Assembly: GCF_000150275.1 (NCBI RefSeq) | Contig: NW_002060966.1 | Span: forward strand, 76,415 to 140,414 | Length of the DNA stretch: 64,000 nt | Origin: Trichoplax adhaerens | Taxonomy: Eukaryota > Animalia > Placozoa | Direction of reading: 5' to 3' | In this document: piece by piece, positions 1 through 14,248 of the stretch | Numbering within the stretch: the stretch's first letter is position 1 | How the letters are laid out: each line of letters opens with the position of its first letter | The notes under the pieces: model-generated | Seen by the model: the letters and a program-made list of their open reading frames with translations, nothing else | What the model was told of the DNA's origin: nothing | The model's database searches: none | Program-made: the position numbers and the translations under genes

Positions 1-269
1 TATCTACAGCTACCTAATGAAGACAACAATATTTACAAATATAGACATCGAATGACTAATACAAAATTTCAGATACAATGTGTCCTATCACGGAACATTT
101 CTACGATAATCTACAATCTACCATAAGTAAATTACAATCACAGTGATTTGAATTGTAAGAAGATTATTCTCGATTCTCTAATTAAACTACTAATTTCAGT
201 AGGCTGTATATATCACTATAAAAGTTAGTGCTATATTTTAAATATCACATATCTAAATTAGAAACTCTT

Positions 270-920
270 TATATAAGGGTAAATCAACAATATCATCCTA
301 ACATAGATGTTTCTACTGTAATCTCGATATTACAGTGTGTAACTCCGTAGCATCATAAAAATATACTATTATTTGGAATACTAGACAATTGTATTCCAAG
401 GCACATAGGGTTTAACACAGCGAGACCTTTAAAACTTACTAGAAAATTAATATCTAATTTATTGTTGGCCAACACGCCGTTAATATAGGTTTCGGTAAGT
501 ATAACCGGTTTAACTACCCAAGTCACCTCGCTTATTAGAAATTAACCAAATTAATATCCTAAAGAGATTCTATCTGTTCAGATTAGATACAGTCTAGTCC
601 TATTAAATTTACTGTAAGGGTATTAAGATAATCATTGCTTGTTAATAGTTCAATAGATACGTATAAAGCTATCCTACTAAGGCATTTCCTCTAAACTTAG
701 GAATTGTACTTTGGACCTTAACAACTTTGGAGGTGATAGATACGATCAGTTAAGCAGGTTGTCAATTGCTATTTTAGTCTATCTAATCTTAAATTAAGGA
801 TATCAACTGTTAATTACTAAAATTACAATTAAGGAGAGCGTAACACGTTACTGAGATATAAACATATATAGAACGTAACATAGAAATAAAGTATACGTTA
901 CGGAGATTATATCCGTGGCA
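270..920 (-). mobile_element. Degenerate solo LTR, family B (inverted copy of 51754-52270)
   Basis: ~365-910 aligns by eye with the reverse complement of ~51765-52210 (shared blocks such as ATTAAGGATATCAACTGTTAATTACTAAAATTACAAT and GGAGGTGATAGATA), with a ~90-bp extra segment. The right end CCGTGGCA (920) reads TGCCACGG on the - strand. CTCTT at 265-269 and 921-925 may be a TSD. Left boundary uncertain. Confidence 0.65.
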
Positions 921-3900
921 CTCTTATGTAACTGAATCTGAAGACTAATTCGAAATATCGCAAATACTAAAATCTTAGTTATGTTATACTATCTTATCCG
1001 TTAGAACAAGCCATGGTCAAATGCAAAGATCCAATAATTATTCGATATAAAAAGCCATTTCGTTTTATCGTGCATGAGTTTCAAATAGTAATAGACAGAT
1101 TTTAGAACTCTTAAAAATGTTTGAGAATTCTTATGTAAATAAGCCGCAGCCAAAACAATAATATTCATTGATAGACTATGATTAGTGTTCGTGCCAACAT
1201 ATGGTTTGAACCTAGATGAGATTAATTTACGATAATGTCGCTGACAACAAAGCTGTTTATTTTATTATCAAAGACGCTTATCAAACAGTACGATTTTTGT
1301 CTCATATGAAATTGACTTTGAAGACTACCACAATTATGGAATATAGTTCAATACAAATCAAAGTTATTTTATTTTGGCATCCTTTTACAACACATTACAG
1401 TGCTTATTAACGTATCTAAAACTGTTTTATCTAATTGAAATTCTTCATTTTGCATTTAATATTCATATTAAAAATAGAAATTCCTATAATGGTTTATAAT
1501 TACAAGATTTATCGGTCAAGAAAGAATCAACTGGAACAAGAATCTAAAGTGATATTGTCACAACCGAGTTTGCAACACAAAAATTAACAAGATTCTTTCC
1601 TCTAATGTAATCTTAATATCTAAGCAACTCTAAGCACTTTTCAATCTACCCAACTTAGATTCGAGTCTTAGACTATAGAATACTCATGTTAAGAATCAAA
1701 ACTTTGTTCTAAAAGCTATGTATTAAAATGACTGATTGATCTCACAACTTCCAATCTACTACTAACAACTGATAATCATCTGGTTATCGACTAATTTATT
1801 GGCTCTCTCAATTAAGAACTTTGAGGCTTTTATATAGCCTCACAAAATTCGTTAGTCCAAAAAAATGATAAATTGATAGCCAAGTCTACATACTGAATAT
1901 AGCAAGAATCACAACACACTTTCTATGACATTTAATAGTAGTCAATTAATAGCTAGGCGTTAACATATGATTTATTACTGAATAAAATTATGCCATTGAT
2001 GACGCAATAATTAATTAATTGTCCCAGGCATATACTGAGCTCAACGCGAAGTAAAGCTCTTATCCGTATTTCTGAAATACGAGTTAGATGCATTTAGTAT
2101 AACATATCTACCGCAATAAAGTGCTTACAATCCGAAATGAATTATCCAAAAAATACCTCTTCTCAAATAATTAATTCTTGTATTCTATCATGCAAATCTA
2201 TGTAATTAAGATATTATTAAACTTTCGTCTATGTCCAATACCATAAAATGGTAGGCATCTTTACAATTACTACTGTAGTACATCAAATTCGCATAGATTC
2301 CATACCGTACTTAATTAAGCAATTACAATTAGAATAAATCAATAATGTCTTATATGGGTATCACAGTCGTCAAAAAAACTTAGATATCGAAGTGTAGTTT
2401 ATGATAGCATTTTGTTTTGAACTTCTTAGAAGTATAAACTACTGCTTTAAGAATTGTCATTACTAGTAATAACCTAAGTTCCTATGATATTATGATGATA
2501 TAGTTATATGTTACAAGTATGTATCGAGAACATAGGAGCTAGACAGGGCTTACATTCGAAGTAGATTTACATATGAAATTGCTTATTACCTCGAATGTCC
2601 GTGTACGATAATTCTATCGCTATAACATGTTTGTAATTGAAATATGTTAATAGCATATTAAATATGTTTATAACTACTGAAAGAATATACAAGAAGGACT
2701 GTGATCAATAAAAAGTGATCCAGGTTAAGGCTAAGTTGTATGATAGCTTTATATCGTATATTGTGTTGAGCGAGTTAGTACTTCGTAAGGATTCCAGCTA
2801 CAATACAGTAGTCTAGGGAAGTAGTTCTGCGGATTAAAGTAAAAGTTTATTAGAAATACTGCATTGTTTTCTGGTGTCGTAAGAATAGTTATGGCAATAG
2901 GCAATCATTAATCTTCAAATATCGCATTAATATCTAATATAAGAAATCCAAATTATATAAATATAAATACTTAAAGAAATGAATATAAGGGGCTGCACCA
3001 CATAGTCATAAAACATCCAACAATTACTAGTCACAAAGCATTGTTGCTGTTTTATCGAATATCCGCTCCAAATAGTGATCGGTAATTTTCAAGTTTTGAA
3101 AATATTCAAATTATCCAACAATAGCTAGTGTGTGTATAACATATACGCACTTTTCTTACCGGATATTTACTAAATAAAATGATTTAGTCGAGAAATGTCC
3201 TTGTAATACGAGATGCAGCCAAGATTTAATCGTGATGAAATGTCGCTGTCTAAATAGTAGAAAGTTAGATGTGACAAGTCTGTACTCAATCATGTGTGTC
3301 AGATAATACGAGCTTATTTAGCATCTAAGACGTCGTTATATTAGTCATGTCCGCTATTAAAATCAAGCAATTAACTAAAATATAGGAATCTAATACAATA
3401 ACGACCTATCGATTCCCTACACCAGAAATGAAAAAGTAATATTCAGATTTCATTCTTTTGAAAGTAACAATGCTTTGTCAATACAGAAAAAACTTTATGA
3501 ATCATTCATATACTGTAAAGTAACATTTGAAGAGTAAAACCAGGAGCTTCAAGAGATTTAAATTTTTGCAAGCAGTTTCACGACTATTTATAATTTTGAT
3601 CCGAAAGTAATATTTTAGATCCCATAAAACGATTTGCTAGCCGATTAGATTAAATTTGGAATTTTCCACTATTGTCCATATCTTTATTGATAAAAGATAG
3701 CTATTATTTCAATTTTTAACGATGATGCTTAACAAAGGCATGAACAGACTTGACGTCAACATAGCAGACTAGATAGTGAAAGGAATTCTATTGACTTTGT
3801 TTCTGAGAATGATTAAAAATATGTTTGTAACCTGCTTCAAAATTGAATAATAGAGTTCTGGATCGATAATCAATAATCCTATAAATGTGTATGAAAAAAT

Positions 3901-4694
3901 AGTTGTTGCTTTTAATAGTAAAATAATTAGAAAATATTTCCTGAAATGAATCACAAGGCATATTGTAAATAGAAAAGAATAACTTTCAGTTAAACCTAAG
4001 AAAAATTCTGAATGGCTTAGTATAGTAACTCTCTGATTTGCATTTATTTTCTTTCATAGACATTATCTAAAGAAATTTACTTCGTAAAGTAAATAATGAA
4101 CGTTTAATAAAGCCATATTAGACAGTAATTCGGCAACAATTGCTATAAATTATTGACGGTCAACTTTATTAACTTCACTGATTGAAATAAATTCTTTGAG
4201 GAGACAAAAATTTCAAAATTATTTTAAAAAACTTACTTCAAATACTCAAGAAAGCATTTTAAAAGCTTTAATACATTTTTCTTTGAAGTCTTGAAGGCTA
4301 AGCTTGATTTACTATCAAGTAAAAGTACTTGATAGATTATTTCACCTATTTTAAAAAAGTCTACATCATATCTCGTATACTTGGAAGGAAACGATACTTT
4401 TAATCATAAAATTGACTGCTTGCTGATCTCGCTCTATCTTTATTCGTTAACGTCAAATGCATAACATCACTGGTAATTATTGGAAAGTGTTAATTAAGCA
4501 TCAGCAGATTGAAGGTCTCGATTGGTAAATTATTGCAAAGAGAGAGTCAAAATATCTTGATTTTCAAATTCGTATGAGGACAAGCTTATCAATTCTTAAT
4601 AGCCTTATTTCGCATCAAAAGAAACTTAAAATCCCAAAATTAAATTGAAACTGTCCGATGACACATTAAACTTCAGGAAAGTAGCTTAGAAGAA

Positions 4695-5706
4695 ATGGTA
4701 AATTCTAGTTACAATTATTCACTCTTGACGATAACTTCATTTACTTGTATTCCTGTCGGAGTTGTGGGTACAATTACAAATGTTTTCCTTCTAATCATTA
4801 TTTCAGCTTCAAAGTCTTTGAAGGATCCGGGCTATAAGATCATTTCTAACATTATTGCTTGTGATGGTATAAGTTCGATCCAATTTTTTGTGATTTTTCT
4901 TGGCCCGTACCTTTTAACTGATTCCACGTTTTATGCAAGCCGAATTTATTGTAGAATTTTATTCTGCTCAATGTATTCGACTTATAACGTCTCGGCCTTT
5001 AGTTTAACAGCTATAAGCTTTCATCGTTGTAAAATTGTTATCAAAGCTTCGCAAACCCGTTTTAAAAAGCTTGAACTGCAGAAGATTAATAGGTTAATAG
5101 CAATTATTTGGATATTCAGCTACGTATTTTCTGTACCTGTGATATTCTTTACCGATACTAGTAAAGTCGTAACTGGTTACTGTGATATAAGCTATGTCCA
5201 AGGCTATTCGTATTTAACACTTGTTTACTTTGTTTGTATGGCTGCAGTTACATACACTATACCATTAATTGCCATGACTATTAATTACGCGCGATTAATA
5301 AAACGACTACAGACGCATATTAGTACCTGGTGAAAATCAAATTAGTACGCGTCTTAGTCGACGCCGTGATCAAGTTACTAGAACGCTTATAGCCGTCACG
5401 AGCATTTTTATGCTCTTTAACGGTCCACTGTTTATTACTTTTATTTGTATGGCCGCCAACTTGAAAAACTATTACTTATTACGAAATGAGAACTTTATCG
5501 TCTACTTTATTTCTTTGCTAGCGCTACCTATGGCTTTATTTGTAAGTGCCATCAATCCAATATTTTATATAAGTTTAGATAAAAACATCTTAGAGATTGT
5601 TAAGCAGAAGTTAAGAATGAAATCAGAAGATAATACACGCATTCATTCTGCAACGTTAAGATCAAAATCTAGGAAAGTGCTTGTTCGTTCTAATTCACAG
5701 CTATAA
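4695..5706 (+). pseudogene. Rhodopsin-class GPCR paralogue 1, split by a +1 frameshift at ~5319 (pseudogene or assembly error)
   Basis: ORFs 4695-5333 (TM1-5) and 5410-5706 (TM6-7, NPIFY) match the two halves of the 332-aa paralogues. Removing one base at ~5319 gives QTH-LVPGENQISTRLSRRRDQVTRTLIAVTSIFMLFNGP, colinear with KNY-VIPGDNRISNINRRDDNIIRMLLAVTSAFMLFNCP, and a 336-aa protein. Confidence 0.85.
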
Positions 5707-8438
5707 TATTTAGCAATATATACTCTAAGTGATTGTCTTTTTGGAAAAATGCTGAGAACCAGTGTAACATAACTACTTTGAGATTGCAGATTATTTGCCA
5801 TGCTAAGTATGGAGTTACATAGAATGTAAGCCTCATCTTACCTAGATAATTACTCTTCTTGCGTACCATCGATCATTTACGCGATAGAGCTAAATCATTA
5901 CATCGTAGGGATAAAAATACAGTAAATGTGTAAATCACATTTTATATCGTGAATGCTTTATTGTAGGGTCATTAGTGGATAATAACAGTGGCGAAATATG
6001 TGTCAGGCTACGATTTCTCTTATATTTCTAGTTCTTAGAAAACGTACACGTTTAAGCGGCTAACTTTAGAGATTTTACATGTTCAATCTGAGTTCTTGCT
6101 TGCATTTATCTTCTACTAAAATAATTTTAAGTCTAATAATAGGTCTGTAAAGTTCAGTAGGCAAAAAATTATTGCAATTTAATGATTTATTAGTATAATT
6201 CAGTATTATGGCAACTAAGGCCCTCCAATGATGCTGTAACCTTCGCTCTACATACGTATATGCCATTATATGACTCGATGGACTTGTACCGTACTTATTG
6301 GTAGATTAGTAAATATTTAAAGATTTAAAAAAGATGAAAAACTGTAATTATGTAAGCAAAAAGTTTGTAGATTAATTTGTTTCATAGGTACGGTAATAAT
6401 TATAGATTTAATGTCAAAGATTTTGACGTCAGCATAATGACTTTTGACTGTTATAGAAATTCCATTCTATTGTTCGTTGTATGATTCATATTAAGTTGGC
6501 TAATTTCTTCGTAGAATGAGGAATAAAACCTCAGAAAAGAAATTTATTGGCTTTTCAAAAATTAAATTATGATTGTTGCAAAAGTATTGTAAAGTTCTTT
6601 TTTTGTACATTTCCTAGAGTGGAGGATTAAATCATGATGTAAGTTTAATAGTCAGAACTTTTAAATCAAATGCTCTTCAAAATATATAACGGGATACGGA
6701 GTTAGCTTTTTCGAGATTTTTATTTGATCATAATTATCCATAAAATTCAGTATGGTACATATTTATTACTGAAACTACGGTAAAGAGTGCAATTTTATGT
6801 TAACTAAACGAAATTTCAGCCTAGATTGTTTGGCATTATCAATGTGTAATATCACTAAAATTCTTAGCTGGCACATATTCGATTCTAAATTATATTCGCT
6901 ATAATAATCATTGCTAAAAGCCATTTTAATTCATCATTATTTAGCCTCTAAGCAATAGGATATTAAGCTCAATAAATCTTCCTCAAGGGCTGATAGCCCT
7001 TATTGAGATCTTTAATTTACTTCTAAGTTTAGACCCTTTGAATCATTCGGCCTGATTTATCTATGAGCTACTGCATAAATAGAATTTCAGAGGTTTTAGC
7101 AAATTTCCTTGGTAAGGTAGATTGAGAGTATACTTTTAATATGAAGTTGTAATGGGAACTATTCCAAACCTTATCCTGAGACAGTCACTTACTAAATTAT
7201 ATCTCAGCCATAGGGATCTATTAAAATCATCCTAGTATTACGGTACTTTATCACCAAAATGATAGGGTTACTGATAATGTTACTGCTCAAAGTGTTACAG
7301 AGCTACAGTAAATTTAATTTTGGGAGAGAACATTCCTACTAAACCTTACGGCGATTACAGTAGTAATTTATGGAAGCAACTCAAAGTAAGTGCTTTACTT
7401 TGAACTAGTAACCATGTCGGAAAGTAGTCCGTGAAACTCGCAGAATAATTGTCTAGATCAATATAGAATCTATAAAAAAATGGCTTTTACTACAGAATTT
7501 TAAGGCAGTGAAGTAATAGCTAATTGGAACAAGATTCCGTAATAATCTAAGGTGTCATGATTTCTAAAGGAGCAAAACCTCTCATAAGTACATCTCGGCA
7601 GTTCATAAATACAGTTTGCTTATTCTATTTAGGCCAACAAAGTTACCTACAATCAGAATTGAACCACCAATCAGGAGACTTTTCCACAAGTAGATTATTA
7701 CTAAGTTTTGCAGTATGAGTCATTCTGCTTAACTTTTGTACCACGAAGCTCTATATAATGATGATAAATTACACGCTGCGTTGCTCAAGCAATATCGATC
7801 ACTACCAATACACCTTTTCAAATACTCTATGAATAATTGCAAATAATTAACAACGAAAAACTGAAGATTACCATGCCATTCAAACTTTGATCTCGATTAC
7901 TCGGATCAAAAGCTAACAGAAAGAGAGTTTTCCTTTTCAGGCTTGGAGGGGAAAAAGGTGAAACTGTAAGACCACTATATCAAATCACCTGATTTAACAG
8001 AGGCTTTTGCTTGACATCCGAAAGGACTACGTCAACAACTCCAATTACGATAATATAGCAAATAACTTACTAAATATTATAGGAAGCGAACTACTAAATC
8101 AATAAGCTAAGGTTAGTTATTTAGAATAAATGAAAGTAAAACTTGAATATAGAGATTTACTATTAGTAATCATCTTTAGATTTTAAATCAAGGCTGTGAT
8201 CGCTTATATAAAATAATTAATGCATGGGAGATGACAATCAACTGCTTCAAGGTTGCATGTTTTATTGCGAAGTGCAAAGAAGATATCTGTACTTAAAGGA
8301 TTTATGCATAAGTAATCTATTTTTCTGAATTACTTTATTATTCGCACGATTACAAATAAATGATCAAAATTTTAATAACCGAAAGAAATGAAAAATTAAA
8401 GTATTAAAATGAAACTTCGAAATTATTATATAAGTGGG

Positions 8439-9058
8439 ATGTCAAATTCAATTTCTGATATATCGTTTGAGCTTACCGCTGCAAATTCCAGTATTCCATT
8501 TGCAATTGGCGGTTTCATAATCAATTCATTCCTCTTCATCACCATTTCTATATCGAAGTATTCAGTGATCCTATATTTAAATGATCCCATCTATAGGATC
8601 ACTGCTTACCATATTACTTGCGACTTGTAATGGTTTGTATAGGCGAAATAAATTGTTGGGCCTTGGCTGATAATTAATGAATCGGTGAAGTACGATATTT
8701 GCTGTTATAGCAATTACTCAGAGCCGGACTGATAGCTTGTAAACTGTGCTCAAATATGTTAGTATTGATGTTAAAGCGTTTTAATGCTGTTACAGAATCT
8801 AAGTCGATCTTATACCGTAAGATCATTAATCTACGGACCTAACGAAGTATCGTTGAGTCTTTCACTCGACTTTATTAGTAGCTTCCACTATTTCATTTTT
8901 TAACCTGTAGCATTTTTGTTATCCTAGATTTGACTTTTTATCCCAGCGATATTTATTGTAAAATTATATTTATTTCTGTGCAATCAACTTCTAAAATTTC
9001 GGTTTCCAGTATTAATATAATTAACTGCCTTCGTTATATACTTTCTGCTAAGGGTCAT
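8439..9058 (+). pseudogene. Decayed GPCR paralogue 2 (TM1 to ~TM5), ending at a solo LTR
   Basis: MSNSISDISF...IPFAIGGFIINSFLFITISISK...DPIYRITAYHITCD matches the paralogues' N-terminus (IPVGVIGILTNFFLLVILSTSK...DPSYRIIANVIACD). It is followed by stops and frameshifts, and a TM5-like remnant (YLFLC...FP...INCLR) lies just before the LTR. Confidence 0.7.
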
Positions 9059-9652
9059 TGTCACGGTACGCCGTTACTAATTAAGTAACTGTTGATTTAT
9101 GAATGCTTATGAATAGATAAGATAAGGTTATGTGCTATGTTTAATGCGCTTGTAGCTGATAATAGGATGGTAGAAATGAGATAGAAATATAAGTTGTTAA
9201 CAGTTAATTTACTGTAGTTTTGTAAGGTGTGTTAATCTCTAAAAATTGAGCCGTATATGGACGAAGGTTAAGCGTCTTAACACCTGATAGCTTGTAGCTA
9301 TCTAAGTCTGAGAATATCGACATGTATATTTAGTAATGGTATTATACAGTACTAATTAATGTAACTTGTAAAGTATGAATTCTCACCCGATAATATTGGA
9401 ATTCACTGTAGAAACCTATTTAAGCGCGTGTGTTTGTAGAATAAAGTTAGTAAAATTGTTCAAGAAACGGCTAGGCTCATATCGTGAAGAATAGTGTAAT
9501 AATTAGTCAGTTGTCTGTGGATATCAGCCGAGAAATCGAGTTCTCAAATACTTCTCTCATAGAAACTGAAAGTACTGGGAGAAATAGCCCAAGTTTTAAG
9601 CAACTACACTAGAGTTCTTTACTTTCCTTTGCCACAAGCGAGGGTTGTGACA
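9059..9652 (+). mobile_element. Solo LTR, family A, copy 1
   Basis: 594 bp with TGTCAC...GTGACA termini and 5-bp TSD GTCAT (9054-9058, 9653-9657). Internal TATTTAA followed by AATAAA (~9417-9445). Near-identical to 38657-39245. Confidence 0.9.
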
Positions 9653-12600
9653 GTCATTCGAAGTTAACTTTTACATTTGTTTTTAGTATTAGTACAGTTT
9701 CTAAACTTATACCATCAATAGTTATAGCTAATAATTTTATAAACATTTAATATTGAGAAGGACTTGTTCGTGTAATGAAGGCATAATAGTTCCAGTTATT
9801 CTGGTACACAAATAAGTATTGGGAAATTAGTTCTAATTAATGGCTGCAGACAAGGTAAATTTGCTTGAGTAATAAACGAAAGTACAGGTGTTAACATTTT
9901 CTCTACAAGATCAAACCGTACCTTATGACATACTTCTACTACTTCTCAAATTCGCAGCTACCTTGCTACATTTCTCCAGCGTATTGCTTTAGCATCCTTA
10001 ATTTTAGCAATTTTGAATATATTTAATACTTTGGAATCATTAACAAATAGCATTGCTTAAAATGGAAAATCAAGTAATATTTTATGTTCACTCGAAATAT
10101 AATTCAGCTTACGTAATTATATTCATATAGATACAATTCAAGATATAACTGTTTCGACTTGATCTGCTATATGATTTATTCCAGATATTTTTTAAGGGAC
10201 AGCAGTTAGTATAATATTTATTTTCTAAAGCTTTGTATAAGCAGCAAAAATAGATGAGTAAAGTTCTATTTTCTGTAAAATCATCACGGATGTTAGAACA
10301 AGCAGTACAAACAGTTACGTAGCCTATTCTTTATGTTAACCAAGAAGATGATTGCCTTACAGTATTATGACTTCAATATTTTAGCGGCTTTTTAGCTGTG
10401 ATCGTTGATATTTCTTTTGATATTAAAAATTATAAATGAAATTACTGTACTTTCCATTATCGAGACCCATATGTTGATATAAAATATAAATTATTTACCT
10501 TTGGATGAGCTATAGAGGAGCATAGCTGGAACTTGTTCTATTCTACTAGTAAGTTGCCTACTTAGGGGGCTGATAATATAAGCGACATTAACGATCAGGG
10601 ACCATCCACATCTAGGCAACCATATGAAATAAATTCAGTTAGGCAAATAAATCTTAAATTCTATATTAATGACTTTAGGAAATTAAACTGTCTTAGGTGA
10701 TTTCATTATTAAGTGCCGCGATGTAATTGTTTATTCCAGTATTTATAGATTTAATACGAGCATCACAACATATTAGGCCTAAGTGTGATTAAAGTGATGG
10801 AGCAGTAGGTTTAGAGAGAGAGAGAGTAAAGGTTTAGAATTTCGTATCCGTAAATATGCGTTACTGTCAAAGTATTTCAATCATTTTCCAGTAGAATCCT
10901 TACTAGCGTCATACAAAGATGTAGTGCAGCCCTAAATATAACTTGGATTGTGATTGTAAGACTGCACAAGAGTAAGAGTACTCGTATGTTAGATTGTATG
11001 ATTTTGAAGATATCTATTTGTAGAAGAGGCTTACAGATGTATTGTCTTGATACTATTGAGATGTTTATATTAAGATTTCATGATAATAATAGATATCGGT
11101 AATTATGTTAATACTGTAAGCCTTGCATTGTGGCGCTTAATTAGACGTGTGAATAATGAATAGCTCGCGCGATGATAAGCTGTTATCTTGCAACTTAATT
11201 GGCAAGTGTAACGAAACATAGCATTGTGATTGTAGACTTTTAGCTATGTTAGTAAGATATACGGGAACGTAACTTTCTATATTTATCTTCAGACGTATTT
11301 AGTAGCTCACTACTATGGACTGTAATGGTAGATTCTATGCTATAGTACAGATGACTATATATAGTAAGGTGTTGAGTTACTATTAAGGCTAGAGGATAAA
11401 TAGAACTGCAATTCATATATTAGGATATGCGTAGTTTACCGTACTTTGACTGCTAAGAATAATATCTACGGAAATACTGTAGTTGTTTCCATATCGGATT
11501 AATGATGGTCCGCTGTAAAATGTTGTCACTAATAATAATTTGACTAAGTGTAAATTAAGGTAGAATGTTGCTATGTTGATTGTGGCTGTGGCTGCTACGA
11601 AATGAATATAAGCTGGCAACTTTAGACTATTCAGTTCGTTCTTTCTAGAAGTCCTTCTATAGTTGTATTCGGCTAGAGAGATCTAATTAATTCTAATTTT
11701 CTAGGATTTTGGAATTTTCGTATTGGATTTATCTCTGCAAGATTAGATTTTAATGTATAAAAATTCATTCTGTAATAAAATGTATATAAACTACGAGCTT
11801 TCGCTGTAAAACATAGTCCAGAGATAGTCCTATTGAAGCTAGATAGTTCTTGGTAGTTGTAGAACGAACCTAATCTATTTAATAAAGTGAAATTTACAAG
11901 AAACTGTAGGTCTTTTGTATTTTTGAGGAGACACGTTATCACAAAAGATAAAATGTAAGTCTTCCAACATAATTATGATAAACAAATATGCCAATTATGA
12001 ACAGAACAATAATATATAGTAACTGGAAATTTTATTAGTAAATGCACTTAGCGCTATTAAAAATTATCGTGATTCCTTGCTGACATCAGTAAACATCAAT
12101 TTGAAGTTAATACATGGAACATCAGCAGGAATACGCTCATTATAAAAAAATTTATTTAATAGTTCGTAGAATAGAATATTATGCTGACAATTTCCTTTCG
12201 AAGAAAATCAAGAATGCAATACAGAAAGATTGAATTATTTTTATTGTATAGAATTGTATAATGGACTTTTTGTTAAAATATTTCATAAATTGGGGCATAT
12301 TATTTGATATCAATTTAGACAGCTATTTTTGGAGTCTACATAATTTAATATTAGATAATACGTCGACAAGTAATCTCCTAAATTAGTTTTCGCCTAATCT
12401 TCGCTGCTTTCGGAACATGAATCAGCCATTCAGGAGAAGAATGAAAAAGCTTTTAAAAGTTTTATTTAATGATAACTAAAATTTGATCTGAACTATTTTT
12501 AATTACCGGCATTTAACTTCATTACTGCTTAACATAAGTCAAAATTATTCTTGATGATTATTCTGCTTTGGCTATAAGATCAATGGCGACTTAAGTATAA

Positions 12601-13249
12601 TTATAGTACTATCATGTTTTAAGAGAGATTTAAATTCTATCAAATCTCATTTTAAAATTCATACGGTTTGATTATCTCTACTAAATTTCAAATAACACTT
12701 TTACGTCTGCAAATTCTAACACTTCTTGTTTTTTTACTCTTTGGTAAAAACTTTTATTTTATCGATTAATTTGCAGTCATTTTTTTATAAATAAGAAAAT
12801 CTCTGATAACCGTAAATATCAATAGGTTATAAGAAAATTGACCTTTGACTAGGAAATTGATAAGTTTCCATCTTTTTATTTGAAATATTACTGCCGATTA
12901 CAATACCGTTTTAATTTTGAATCATATATGCTTCAAAAAATTGAACTTACATAGAAAGTGTTAAATAGCAACCAAATTTATTAACTCTCGGCTTGAAGTT
13001 CTTTACTTTATATCATTTGAGGATCAACCGATTTCTCTACAGTCGCTTTGCATATAATTAGTAATTTTATATCAGATTTATTTTTATCTTCTATGTATGC
13101 ATAATACGTCTACAGAAAATACCCAGACTTTTAAACTTGTATTTGGATCTTAAAAGAGAACATCATTCCCTGATTGGGGAAAGAAAGGAACGAAATAAAG
13201 AGGATAGTTATTTTAGAAAATTAAATGTAAGAAAGGTATCGCTAGGACC

Positions 13250-14248
13250 ATGTCAAATTTAAGCGGCAATTATTCTTTCATAAAAATAACTAGTGTTACT
13301 TGTATTCCTGTAGGCGTTATAGGTATATTAACTAATTTCTTTCTCCTTGTCATTCTATCTACCTCTAAATCTTTAAGGGATCCTAGTTATAGGATCATTG
13401 CTAATGTTATTGCCTGTGACTGTATCAGTTCCATTCAGTTTTTTGTAGTTTTTCTTGGACCTCATCTTTTAAGAAATTCAACTTTTAATACTTGCCGAAT
13501 CTATTGTAAATTTTTAATTTATTCTTTGTATTCAACTTATAACGCTTCTGCCTTAAGCTTAACCGCTGTTAGCTTATATCGTTATAGATTGGTTATTAAA
13601 GCTTCCCAGATTAGATTTAGGAAATTTGAGTTACGAAAGATAAATAGATTATTGGCAATAATATGGGCTGCTAGTTTTGTGTTTGCAATACCTATGATAT
13701 TCTTTAGCGAAGGAAACAATATTACGACCGGTAACTGCGACATTGGTTATATTCCAAATTATTCTTATTTAACTTTTATTTACTTTCTTTGCGTAACTAT
13801 GGTCACTTACGTTACACCGCTAATCATCATGGTCTGTAATTATACACGTTTAATTAAGCAATTAAAGAATTACGTTATTCCCGGAGATAATCGAATTTCG
13901 AACATCAATCGGCGTGATGATAATATTATTAGAATGCTGTTGGCTGTTACTAGTGCGTTTATGCTCTTTAATTGTCCGTTATTTATAAGTATCAGCTTCA
14001 TGGCTAGCAGCGCTAAAACCTATTATCTACTTCGACGCGATAGCTTGATATTGTATTACATTTGTTTGCTAGCACTGCCTTTAGCTGTATTTGTAAGTAT
14101 TATTAACCCAATATTATATATTACATTCGATAAAAAAATTTCCAAAGAGGTTAAGCAACGATTTACGTTTGAGCTCGTTGATAGTATGCGCACTCAGTCA
14201 ACACCTGCTAGACCAAAACCAAGGGTAGTATTTATTCAATCGAGCTAG
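13250..14248 (+). CDS. Intronless rhodopsin-class (class A) GPCR paralogue 3, 332 aa
   Basis: Seven hydrophobic helices, N-terminal N-glycosylation sequons, TM1 N, TM2 D, TM3/ECL2 cysteines, SLYRY at the DRY position, TM4 W, NPILY. Confidence 0.93.
   Translation: MSNLSGNYSFIKITSVTCIPVGVIGILTNFFLLVILSTSKSLRDPSYRIIANVIACDCISSIQFFVVFLGPHLLRNSTFNTCRIYCKFLIYSLYSTYNASALSLTAVSLYRYRLVIKASQIRFRKFELRKINRLLAIIWAASFVFAIPMIFFSEGNNITTGNCDIGYIPNYSYLTFIYFLCVTMVTYVTPLIIMVCNYTRLIKQLKNYVIPGDNRISNINRRDDNIIRMLLAVTSAFMLFNCPLFISISFMASSAKTYYLLRRDSLILYYICLLALPLAVFVSIINPILYITFDKKISKEVKQRFTFELVDSMRTQSTPARPKPRVVFIQSS

Noticed and set aside
2600-3100. Possible - strand GPCR relic (IRYKAII)
   Set aside because: A single short motif with no colinear TM pattern.
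6950-7700. Possible decayed Gypsy integrase remnant (FGRE-like and VTY-like fragments)
   Set aside because: Only scattered short matches across stops and frameshifts; needs tBLASTn/HMM support.
11413-11942. Two adjacent - strand ORFs (68 and 89 aa)
   Set aside because: Non-ATG starts, no recognisable domain or splice structure.
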